NCBI RefSeq assembly: GCF_001997385.1
Contig: NZ_CP019633.1
Location: forward strand, 2,640,001 to 2,672,000
Length of the DNA stretch: 32,000 bases
Direction of reading: 5' to 3'
DNA from: Sedimentisphaera cyanobacteriorum
GTDB lineage: Bacteria; Planctomycetota; Phycisphaerae; Sedimentisphaerales; Sedimentisphaeraceae
Shown here piece after piece: positions 8,557 through 16,391 of the stretch. How positions within the stretch are numbered: the stretch's first letter is position 1; each line of letters opens with the position of its first letter. Both the position numbers and the translations under genes were made by a program. The notes below the pieces were generated by a model. It was not told where the DNA came from. It worked only from the letters and a program-made list of their open reading frames with translations, and ran no database searches.

Positions 8557-8691
8557 AAGTTATTGGTTGGAGTTGTTGTTAGTGTACTGTCTGGTTGCGT
8601 TGGTTGTAGCGTTTATTGGATATTAAATAGTTGTTGTTATTACCATTTCTACTGTTTAATTTTTATTTTGTTCGAGCAAAGTTAAGATTTT

Positions 8692-8943
8692 TTAATCTTT
8701 TTCACATTTGCTTCCGCATTTACCTTTACTCTCTTCGCCGCAGGATTGTTCGACTTTTTCGCATTTCTGCTTATTTTTATTGCATCCGTTTTCTGAACAG
8801 CTGCATTCGCCGCAGGATAGTGAAGCCTCTTGCGAGACTGAGCTTGCCGGCATTGTTTCTGAGCCTGCAAGTACGGGCAACGTGAGAGCTGATGCAGCCA
8901 GTAAGGCCGCTACTGCCATCGCTGTAAAGTATTTAGTTTTCAT
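8692..8943 (-). CDS. Small secreted cysteine-rich, Lys/Glu-rich protein (83 aa), function unknown
   Basis: Sec-type signal peptide MKTKYFTAMAVAALLAASALTLPVLA|GSE. AAGGG lies 7 nt upstream of the ATG. The mature tail has 8 Cys in about 41 residues (SCGECSCSENGCNKNKQKCEKVEQSCGEESKGKCGSKCEKD). Three overlapping ORFs in other frames or on the other strand lack any such features. Confidence 0.6.
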   Translation of the reverse strand: MKTKYFTAMAVAALLAASALTLPVLAGSETMPASSVSQEASLSCGECSCSENGCNKNKQKCEKVEQSCGEESKGKCGSKCEKD

Positions 8944-9212
8944 AATTGAGCCCTTTCAGTAATAGTTAATTTCTTTTTCCAAAGAATTTTACTTTCGCCT
9001 TTAAGGCTTGTTCGCAGAAAAGAGCTTAATTTCTTAAAAAAATGAAAACTGTTTAATATTTAATTAATAAAGAGCTAATAAACGGAGAGAGGGCAAACTT
9101 ATTAATTGCTGATTTCTCCCACTAAGAAGAATTATATTTGACTGTTATGAAAATACAACAAAAAAATTAAAAATTTCAAAATTTTTTCACTCCACGGCCT
9201 TAAAAGTAACTT

Positions 9213-9234
9213 AGATTTTAATTTGAAGCGCAAC
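9213..9234. repeat. IS30-family left terminal inverted repeat
   Basis: AGATTTTAATTTGAAGCGCAAC, whose reverse complement matches 10486-10507 at 20 of 22 positions. Confidence 0.8.
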
Positions 9235-9250
9235 GCTTCGCTAATTTAAT

Positions 9251-9285
9251 CAGCCCGCGTGGCGGGCTGGAGTTTATCGCTTTTA
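9251..9285 (+). terminator. Terminator-like GC hairpin just inside the IS left end
   Basis: CAGCCCGC (9251-9258) / GCGGGCTG (9262-9269) around a tight GTG loop, followed by GAGTTTATCGCTTTT. Its position fits insulation of the transposase from read-through transcription. That function is inferred. Confidence 0.35.
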
Positions 9286-9509
9286 GCTGCCTGGATAGAT
9301 AAAGAATAAGGGCGGCGGTTAAGCCGCCTCTATCCAGTATAGATTGTTGCGGTGCTCGGGTAGCTCTCCAGCATTGCCCTATCCCCTGCAACAAGATAAT
9401 CTATTATAGCGATGGCGATTGCTTTTAAAAAGTAAAAAAAGAGCACCCATTACGGTTGTTTTCGATAGAATGTTTTTTTGACGAAAAATACTCTATTTAA
9501 GGAACCGCA

Positions 9510-10502
9510 ATGGGCTATAGACATCTTAACATTAATGAGCGAGAAAGCATTCTAAAAATGCGATCTGAAGGAAAAAATTTACTGGAAATCGCCATATATC
9601 TCGGCAGGAGCAAGGGCACTATCAGCCGTGAGTTGAATCGAAACATGTCCTCAACCCATGATTATAAGCCCCACCTGGCCCAGCGATATTACAGCAAACG
9701 CAGGGCCGCATCCAAGCAGCCATATCGGCTTGAACAGAATGGCCGTCTTCGTCGTCGAGTATGCAGTAAACTCGAGCAATATCACTCGCCTGAACAGATA
9801 GCAGGCCGTCTTGAAATCGACTATCCAGATAATGCCCAAATGCGTGTAAGCCCTTTGACCATATATAGTTGGGTTAAACGAGACAAGGTTGACGGCGGTG
9901 TTTTTTACAAGTTTTTGCGTCAAGGCCGTCGCAAACGACGAAAGAAGCACGGCAGTAATGACAAGCGTGGCCGGATACCGAACAAACGTTCGATCAGTGA
10001 GCGTCCGGAGGTTGTTGACAAGCGTAATCGCTTCGGCGATTGGGAGGGTGACAGCGTCAGCGGTAAAGGACACGGTTCATTTATTGCGACACTTGTCGAG
10101 CGTGCAAGCCGCTATCTGCTCTCTGGCAGGATGAAAGATAAGAGTGCCCAGAGCATGAATGAAACCACCCGAAGGTTGTTCAGGAAGATACCAAAGTCCA
10201 AGCGTCAAACGATGACAGTTGACAATGGCAAGGAGTTTGCCCAGTTTAAAGAGATGGAAAAAACAGTCGGCCTATGCTGCTACTTTGCTGATCCATACAG
10301 TTCTTATCAGCGTGGAACTAATGAAAACACAAACGGCCTGCTTCGTCAGTTCTTCCCTAAGGGAACTGATTTTAAGAAAGTTAGTGATAAGGAACTTGAC
10401 AAAGTTGTCGCCTTAATCAATAATCGACCAAGGAAATGTTTAAAATATCGGACACCAAATGAAGTGCTCTGGAGCGATGAAAAAAGTTGCGCTTCAGATT
10501 AA
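9510..10502 (+). CDS. IS30-family DDE transposase
   Basis: N-terminal HTH (LLEIAIYLGRSKGTISRELNRN). Catalytic triad context WEGDSV, TVDNGKEF and YQRGTNENTNGLLRQFFPKG, which is diagnostic for IS30-type transposases. Confidence 0.93.
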   Translation: MGYRHLNINERESILKMRSEGKNLLEIAIYLGRSKGTISRELNRNMSSTHDYKPHLAQRYYSKRRAASKQPYRLEQNGRLRRRVCSKLEQYHSPEQIAGRLEIDYPDNAQMRVSPLTIYSWVKRDKVDGGVFYKFLRQGRRKRRKKHGSNDKRGRIPNKRSISERPEVVDKRNRFGDWEGDSVSGKGHGSFIATLVERASRYLLSGRMKDKSAQSMNETTRRLFRKIPKSKRQTMTVDNGKEFAQFKEMEKTVGLCCYFADPYSSYQRGTNENTNGLLRQFFPKGTDFKKVSDKELDKVVALINNRPRKCLKYRTPNEVLWSDEKSCASD

Positions 10503-10507
10503 AATTT
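10486..10507. repeat. IS30-family right terminal inverted repeat
   Basis: GTTGCGCTTCAGATTAAAATTT, the partner of 9213-9234. Includes the transposase TAA stop (10500-10502). Confidence 0.8.
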
Positions 10508-10525
10508 TGATAATCAAACAATATT

Positions 10526-11554
10526 TCAGTTTTCCGAATTGTTTATTCTTTCAGGCAGATGTCCTGCAAGCAGCATCCCAGCAGGACGAAGGGTTTCAAA
10601 CTGCATTAGTATGATCCTTATTATTGCAGTAATCGGTGCTGCCAGGAACATCCCGGGAACCCCCCATAGCAGACCCCAGAATGTAAGGCTGAAAAGCACG
10701 GTAACAGGGTGCAGATTCAGGCCTTTTCCGAGTATTCGGGGCTCTATCACGTTTCCAATCGTAAATTCCACTACCGCAGGAGAAGCAATTACCGCAGCAG
10801 CCATCCAAGGGTTGCTGAATTGAGCCAAAACCACAGGCACAGGCAGTATGCTCGCAATAATTGAACCCAAAGAAGGAATATAATTGAGCAGGAATGCCAG
10901 TGTGCCGAAAACAACTGCAAGCTTCAGATTAAATGCGCTGAGTATTGCCCATACAAGAATTCCGGTAAGAATAGACATTATCGTCTTTATTATGAGGTAT
11001 TTTCGCACCTGATGATCGATTTCTGCGTAGATGCCCTTCTGGATAACGTACGGATTACGCCCTATCAGCAGGAACATTACAAATATCGATACGAGTGTGA
11101 ATTTGGAAAGAAAGCTCATAATAGTCCCGAAAGTCCCTGAAACGATCCTCGGGATATAGCTTCGTATCTGGGATGTGAGCTGGGCACGGTCGAGCTCGAT
11201 GCCGAAAAGATCGCTCTTCCAGAGATATTTTTCAATAAAGCCAACGTATGTATCGGTATAGCTGTTGGCAGTTCTCAGAAGGATGCTTATGGTATTCACA
11301 AGCAGCACGCAGATAACCGCAAGAATTATGATAACTAAGAGCATCGAAGTGGCTATGGCGATTTTACGGGATACGTTGAGTTTGATCACCTGATAGTCCA
11401 GTATCGGAGAGACAAGCTGCACTATAAACACCGCAAAAGTGAACGGTATCATAATGGAGCTGGAATATTGAAGCACAAATCCTATCGCTACTGAAGCAAG
11501 TATCAGAAGCGAGGCAGTAACTAAATAACTCTGCTCTTTGTTTAGTTCCTCCAT
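10526..11554 (-). CDS. AI-2E family transporter (PerM/YhhT-like, UPF0118)
   Basis: Polytopic membrane protein of 342 aa. Family-typical C-terminal region LNYIPSLGSIIA ... NVIEPRILGKGLNLHPVTVLFSLTFWGLLWGVPGMFLAAPITA. AAGGA lies 9 nt upstream of the ATG. Confidence 0.88.
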   Translation of the reverse strand: MEELNKEQSYLVTASLLILASVAIGFVLQYSSSIMIPFTFAVFIVQLVSPILDYQVIKLNVSRKIAIATSMLLVIIILAVICVLLVNTISILLRTANSYTDTYVGFIEKYLWKSDLFGIELDRAQLTSQIRSYIPRIVSGTFGTIMSFLSKFTLVSIFVMFLLIGRNPYVIQKGIYAEIDHQVRKYLIIKTIMSILTGILVWAILSAFNLKLAVVFGTLAFLLNYIPSLGSIIASILPVPVVLAQFSNPWMAAAVIASPAVVEFTIGNVIEPRILGKGLNLHPVTVLFSLTFWGLLWGVPGMFLAAPITAIIRIILMQFETLRPAGMLLAGHLPERINNSEN

Positions 11555-11741
11555 AGGAATATCCTTATAGCTATTTGGGGCTGAAAGTCAACCTTGGGCA
11601 AATTGGAATTTTATATTTTCGCTGTTTTAATTCTGAATGACACTGCAGTTTCATATTTTGTAAGTCCCTGCCGTCGATTATCTTATGCCGCAGAAAATTC
11701 TTGTTTTTTCTGTCAAACTTAAACGGTTATTTCTGCTGGAA

Positions 11742-11769
11742 TTGTTTTTATGCATATAGACTGTATAAT
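11742..11769 (+). promoter_or_regulatory. Promoter candidate for der-nadB
   Basis: TTGTTT (11742-11747), 16-nt spacer, then TATAAT (11764-11769) with TG immediately upstream. Lies about 57 nt before the der start. Confidence 0.3.
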
Positions 11770-11825
11770 TAAGGTTTGGTAAACAAATCGAATTTTTGAC
11801 AATAACTTTATTTTAAGGTCATTTA

Positions 11826-13196
11826 ATGTCGCTTCCTAAGATAGCAATAGTCGGAAGGCCGAATGTGGGCAAAAGCTCTCTTTTGAATTCTCTTGCAGGT
11901 TCTATGATAAGCATCGTAGAGGCCACCCCGGGAGTAACAAGAGACAGAATAAGCATTCTCCTTGAATACGAAGACATATACTTTGAGCTTGTTGATACCG
12001 GCGGATACGGGATATTCGATAATCGCGAGCTAAGCAGTGATATAAATTCCCAGATTGACCGCGCTGTGAAAGAGGCGGATCTTGTGGTGTTTCTCGTTGA
12101 TATCAGAGAAGGGCTCACGCCTCTCGACGAGCAGATAGCAAGGCTGCTCAGGAAAAACGGTTCGAATGTGCTTCTTGCAGCAAACAAAGCCGATGATGCG
12201 GGTATGTTCTCAAGGGCTGTGGAGTTTATGAGTCTCGGTTTCGGCGAGGCTGTTTGCGTATCTGCTGCTAACAATCTCAATAAATCGTTCCTGCTTGAGA
12301 AGATCACTGAGAAGGTTGGTGATATTTCCTCCGAGAAGCCCAAGGATGCTTTTATGAAGATTGCCGTTGTCGGCAAGAGGAATGCGGGCAAATCGAGCTT
12401 TGTTAATGCGGTTCTAGGGGAGGAGCGGATGATTGTAAGTGAGGTTGAAGGGACAACCCGAGATGCAGTTGACGTTCGCTTCATCAAGGACGGCTATCCA
12501 GTAACGCTCATAGATACAGCTGGAGTGCGAAAGAAGGGGAAAATGTCCGACAGCATCGAATACTACAGCTACACCCGTGCGGAGAAATCTATCAGGCGGG
12601 CGGATGTAGTGCTGTTTATGATTGATGCGGTATTGCCGTCCTCGCAGGTGGATAAGAAGCTTGCAAGGATGATAACAGATTATTTGAAGCCCTGCATTTT
12701 CGTAATAAACAAATGGGACAAGGTTCTTGAAGAGGGCTACGACGCCGAGCCGGAAGACTTTTCCGATTACCTCACTGAAACCTTCCCGGGCCTCAGGCAC
12801 GCCCCGATTGCCTTTACAACTGCTACCGAAGGCAGAAATATCTCCAGCACCCTCGATCTCGCTAAAGAGCTCTACAAGCAGAGCACTATGTGTCTGCCTA
12901 CCAGCAAGTTGAATGAGGCTATGGAAGTTATCAGGGCACAAAGAACCGGCAAAAGCGATAAGGGCGTTTTTCCTAAGATATACTATGCAACGCAGGTGTC
13001 AGTGCAGCCTGTTTCTCTGCTGATTTTCGTAAACCGCCCGGACCTTTTCGACGAAAACTACAAGAGATTTATGCTTAACCGCCTCAGAGACCTCCTGCCG
13101 GTGAGCGAGGTGCCGATAAAGCTGATGTTCAGACAGCACCATTCTGATAGAAGACAGCCGGGGAAGGAAAGTAGAGTTCAAGGCAGGAAAAGGTGA
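11826..13196 (+). CDS. der: Ribosome-associated GTPase Der/EngA (tandem GTPase domains plus KH-like domain)
   Basis: Two complete G-domains: GRPNVGKSS / DTGG / NKAD and GKRNAGKSS / DTAG / NKWD. AAGG lies 7 nt upstream. Confidence 0.95.
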   Translation: MSLPKIAIVGRPNVGKSSLLNSLAGSMISIVEATPGVTRDRISILLEYEDIYFELVDTGGYGIFDNRELSSDINSQIDRAVKEADLVVFLVDIREGLTPLDEQIARLLRKNGSNVLLAANKADDAGMFSRAVEFMSLGFGEAVCVSAANNLNKSFLLEKITEKVGDISSEKPKDAFMKIAVVGKRNAGKSSFVNAVLGEERMIVSEVEGTTRDAVDVRFIKDGYPVTLIDTAGVRKKGKMSDSIEYYSYTRAEKSIRRADVVLFMIDAVLPSSQVDKKLARMITDYLKPCIFVINKWDKVLEEGYDAEPEDFSDYLTETFPGLRHAPIAFTTATEGRNISSTLDLAKELYKQSTMCLPTSKLNEAMEVIRAQRTGKSDKGVFPKIYYATQVSVQPVSLLIFVNRPDLFDENYKRFMLNRLRDLLPVSEVPIKLMFRQHHSDRRQPGKESRVQGRKR

Positions 13197-13202
13197 TTTG
13201 AA

Positions 13203-14822
13203 ATGAAGATACCGTATTTCAGACGATACCTTACAAATATCAGCACACGCACAGCAAAGCACCTGTTTACAGATGTGATTGTAGTGGGCAGCGGGATCTC
13301 GGGGCTAAGGGCGGCTCTGGAGGCAGCAAAGACCTGTAATGTTACCGTTGTATCCAAGCGATCGCTCACCAAAAGCAACACTTGGGCGGCGCAAGGCGGA
13401 ATAGCGGCTGTTATGAAAGAGGGAGACAGCCCGGAAAAGCATACCAAAGACACCCTTGATGCCGGCTGCGGTCTCTGCAGAGATGAGTCTGTGCAGAAAG
13501 TTGTATCAGAAACACCGAAGCTGATCGAAGAGCTCCACCAATGGGGCACAGAATTCGACCTGAATGATTCGGGCGAAATCGCTGCCACCCTCGAAGCCGG
13601 CCACAGCGCAAGCAGAGTAGCGCATGCTTTTGGAGACTCAACAGGAAAAGCTATCTCTCAGACGCTGCTGAAAAAGTCTGCAGACCATCCGCGTATAACT
13701 TTGATGGAGAATTTCTTCACGATCGATATCGTTACAGGCGAAAACGGCAAATGCTCGGGGATATACGGGCTCAACAGCAGAAACGATTTAGAGCTTATAT
13801 GGGCGAATTCGGTAATCCTCGCAACAGGCGGGGCAGGCCGGCTGTACCGCGAAACAACAAATCCCTCCGTTGCCACGAGCGACGGTCTCGCTATGGCGTT
13901 CCGTGCGGGGGCGGAGCTTGCGGATATGGAGTTTATACAGTTCCATCCGACCACGCTTTACGTTGCAGGAGCAACAAGGGCTTTGGTGTCTGAGGCGCTC
14001 CGCGGCGAGGGGGGAGTGCTGGTTGATTCGAACAATTACCGCTTTATGTTCGATTACGATAAACGCGCCGAGCTTGCACCGCGTGATATCGTTAGCAGGT
14101 CTATAATAAATCAGATACGAATAACCAACACTACCCACGTGTTCCTTGATGTAAGGCATTTTGAAAAGGGCTTTTTCCATCGCCGCTTTCCGTACATTTT
14201 CAGCTTTCTCAAAGAATTCGATATCGACCCCGAGAAAGACTTAATCCCCGTGCGTCCGAGCGCTCATTATATGATAGGCGGAATCAAGACAGACCAAAAC
14301 GCCGCTGCCGGCATCCCCGGGCTGTACGCCTGCGGTGAATGCGCAGCTACAGGACTTCACGGGGCTAACAGGCTCGCAAGCAACTCACTCGCTGAAGGGC
14401 TCGTTTTCGGAAGAGCGGCTGGAGAAAATGCCGCAATAGGACTGCACGAAAACGGCTCGGAGAATGAATTCCGAAGAATCAAGTATGACATCGAAGTTTC
14501 AGACCGCAGTATGCTCGACACCGCAGATATCCGCAATTCTCTTCGTGCACTTATGTGGAGGAATTTAGGTATTTCAAGAAAAGACCAAACGCTCCGCGAA
14601 ACGATAGAGATAATCCAGTTTTGGCAGAGATACGTTATGGATAAGGTCTTCGATGCCGCAGAGGGCTGGGAATGCCAGAATATGCTCACAACAGCACTGC
14701 TTATGGCCAATTCAGCTCTTGAGAGGAAAGAGAGCAGGGGTGTGCATTTTAGGGAGGATTTTCCGGAACCGTCCGAAAAATTTGAAAAACATATTTCGGT
14801 TTCCTCAGATAATTTGTTATAA
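13203..14822 (+). CDS. nadB: L-aspartate oxidase
   Basis: FAD fold VIVVGSGISGLRAAL, family motifs FIQFHPTTL, ALRGEGG and the C-terminal ESRGVHFRED. Starts 6 nt after the der stop. Confidence 0.93.
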   Translation: MKIPYFRRYLTNISTRTAKHLFTDVIVVGSGISGLRAALEAAKTCNVTVVSKRSLTKSNTWAAQGGIAAVMKEGDSPEKHTKDTLDAGCGLCRDESVQKVVSETPKLIEELHQWGTEFDLNDSGEIAATLEAGHSASRVAHAFGDSTGKAISQTLLKKSADHPRITLMENFFTIDIVTGENGKCSGIYGLNSRNDLELIWANSVILATGGAGRLYRETTNPSVATSDGLAMAFRAGAELADMEFIQFHPTTLYVAGATRALVSEALRGEGGVLVDSNNYRFMFDYDKRAELAPRDIVSRSIINQIRITNTTHVFLDVRHFEKGFFHRRFPYIFSFLKEFDIDPEKDLIPVRPSAHYMIGGIKTDQNAAAGIPGLYACGECAATGLHGANRLASNSLAEGLVFGRAAGENAAIGLHENGSENEFRRIKYDIEVSDRSMLDTADIRNSLRALMWRNLGISRKDQTLRETIEIIQFWQRYVMDKVFDAAEGWECQNMLTTALLMANSALERKESRGVHFREDFPEPSEKFEKHISVSSDNLL

Positions 14823-14864
14823 TCAAACTTTAAATAAACTGATTTTTTAGTAAGGGAGTTGATT

Positions 14865-15935
14865 ATGAAAATTAAAGTATGTGTCATTGCAGTTTTAGGG
14901 CTCTTTGCCTCTGCCTTTCTCTCCGGCTGCGGAGTAGTTTCAATTAACAGTATGGTCGGTGCAGTCTCGCAGGTAACAGATGAGAATATCGAAGGGCGGT
15001 GGGTTAGTGAAGGCGGCGATTTTCAAGCTGAGATCAAACGCTCCAATGAAATTGATGCAAAAGTTGATGACAGCAATTTAGGGGCAAAATTCCTCAAGCC
15101 TGATGCCAAGGACTACCAGCTAAAGATTGTGCAGAAAGAGGGGGAAACGGAGGCAGAAAGCAAAACAGGATTTTTCAATCTAAAGCTTTTAAAGGCTGAA
15201 GATATGCTTTTTGCTGAGCTGCTTGCAAAGACCAAAGAGCTGAAACTGAACGATGAAGATATCAGCGTGTTCTATTTCAATCAGCTTCTTCCGATGTATA
15301 ATACTTTGCTTGTAAAGGATATAGATTCTGAAAAAATCGAGCTTGGCTTTCTGGAGTATCAAAGTCTCGAGAAGTTTCTCAAAGAAATGAAAACGCCTTA
15401 CACAGTAAAAGAAAGCTCTCCCCAATACATATTTCTCACTGGAAGCTCTGAAGAGCTGAGGGATTTCTACGTGAAAGCGGCAGAAAAGAAAGACTTATGG
15501 AAATCTATTACTCTGAAAAAAGAGAGCTTAAAAACCGCCTGCTACGACCCCAGAGCGGTTGCAATAGCCTATGCTAATTCTGAGATGTTCGATAATTATC
15601 TCAAGGGCAGACGCCGGCAATATGAAAAGGCTGATGCTTCGGGAAATACAAAAGCAGCTGATGCAATAGACAAAAAAATGACTGAGCTTCAGGAAAAATT
15701 CCACAAAATGGCTTTCAGCGGCGAATCAGCAGATATGATTCTTGAAAAGGTTAGCGGAAAGGTTGATAACATCCTTCAGGAATCTGGAACTCATAAGCTC
15801 GTAAATAAATGGAATCCCAGTATTGACACCTCCAATATGGAGGATCTTACTGTTCAGTTGTCAGCAATTTTCAACCCATCCAATAAAACTCTCAAAATGA
15901 TTGAACAGGGAACAAAGAACCCGCCTATAAAGTAA
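14865..15935 (+). CDS. Lipoprotein of unknown function (Lys/Glu-rich)
   Basis: Lipobox LFASAFLSG|C after a hydrophobic signal sequence. AAGGGAG ends 6 nt before the ATG at 14865, and the track start at 14859 is a TTG. I recognise no family. Confidence 0.75.
   Translation: MKIKVCVIAVLGLFASAFLSGCGVVSINSMVGAVSQVTDENIEGRWVSEGGDFQAEIKRSNEIDAKVDDSNLGAKFLKPDAKDYQLKIVQKEGETEAESKTGFFNLKLLKAEDMLFAELLAKTKELKLNDEDISVFYFNQLLPMYNTLLVKDIDSEKIELGFLEYQSLEKFLKEMKTPYTVKESSPQYIFLTGSSEELRDFYVKAAEKKDLWKSITLKKESLKTACYDPRAVAIAYANSEMFDNYLKGRRRQYEKADASGNTKAADAIDKKMTELQEKFHKMAFSGESADMILEKVSGKVDNILQESGTHKLVNKWNPSIDTSNMEDLTVQLSAIFNPSNKTLKMIEQGTKNPPIK
15901..15931 (+). promoter_or_regulatory. Promoter candidate for rnpB, inside the 3' end of the lipoprotein CDS
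   Basis: TTGAAC (15901-15906), 19-nt spacer, then TATAAA (15926-15931), about 20 nt upstream of the P1 stem. The spacer is longer than optimal. Confidence 0.3.
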
Positions 15936-15950
15936 GTACAAGTCTTAAAT

Positions 15951-16312
15951 GAGCAGGCCGGCCGATCGCCGGCTGAGATATGCCGGAGGAAAGTCCGGGC
16001 AGGAAAGGGCACGGAGGTGGCTAACGGCCACCCGGAGCGATCCGAGGGAAAGTGCAGCAGAAAACATACAGCCTGTGGCCATTGTGCCTCAGGTAATGGT
16101 GAAATGGTGCGGTAAGAGCGCACCGCGGAAGCGGCGACGTTTCCGGCAAGGCAAACCCCTCCGCCTGCAAGACCAAGTATGCCGGTGCCGGCCCGGCAGA
16201 TACCGGCGGGTAGGCTGCTTGCAGAAATGCAGAGCTGAATGGCAACATTCAGTCCAGTTAAATGATCGGCTCCGCACTTGCGGAACAGAACCCGGCTTAA
16301 AGGCCTGCTCAT
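15951..16312 (+). ncRNA. rnpB: RNase P RNA, bacterial type A
   Basis: P1 pairing GAGCAGGCC (15951-15959) with GGCCTGCTC (16302-16310). Universally conserved P4 strands GGAGGAAAGTCCGGGC and ACAGAACCCGGCTTA. GTAATGGTGAAATGGTGCGGTAAGAGCGCACCGCG and GGGTAGGCTGCTTG closely match the E. coli M1 RNA segments. A T-run follows. Confidence 0.93.
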
Positions 16313-16391
16313 TTTTTTATTTTTTTGTGTAAAATTTCCTGCCTCAATAAATATATACATAGAAGTATTATGCTTATTTTTAGGAATATAT

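Larger units (their letters stand above)
9213..10507 (+). mobile_element. IS30-family insertion sequence, apparently intact (~1.3 kb)
   Basis: Bounded by 22-bp imperfect terminal inverted repeats (20/22 match by hand alignment). Contains one full-length IS30-type DDE transposase ORF. The right repeat overlaps the transposase stop codon. Confidence 0.8.

Noticed and set aside
8631-8962. Alternative ORFs overlapping the Cys-rich gene (8631-8885 +, 8708-8962 +, 8682-8870 -).
   Set aside because: Only the 8692-8943 minus-strand frame combines an RBS, a canonical signal peptide and a coherent mature region. The others lack all three.
11796-11801. A perfect TTGACA hexamer upstream of der.
   Set aside because: It lies only about 25 nt from the start codon, with the RBS in the position where a -10 box would be. 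It is too close to act as the der -35 element unless the mRNA is leaderless, which the RBS argues against.
11819-14887. Long minus-strand ORFs antisense to der and nadB (11819-12487, 12414-12941, 13178-13588, 13788-14180, 14357-14887).
   Set aside because: The opposite strand encodes Der and NadB with complete motif sets, so these are typical shadow ORFs.
16278-16391. Upstream extensions of track ORFs: sulfatase from 16278, GH3 from 21532, modular glycanase from 24395, phosphomannomutase to 3241.
   Set aside because: In each case an internal ATG is preceded by an RBS and begins a signal peptide or the conserved family N-terminus. The sulfatase extension would also overlap rnpB.
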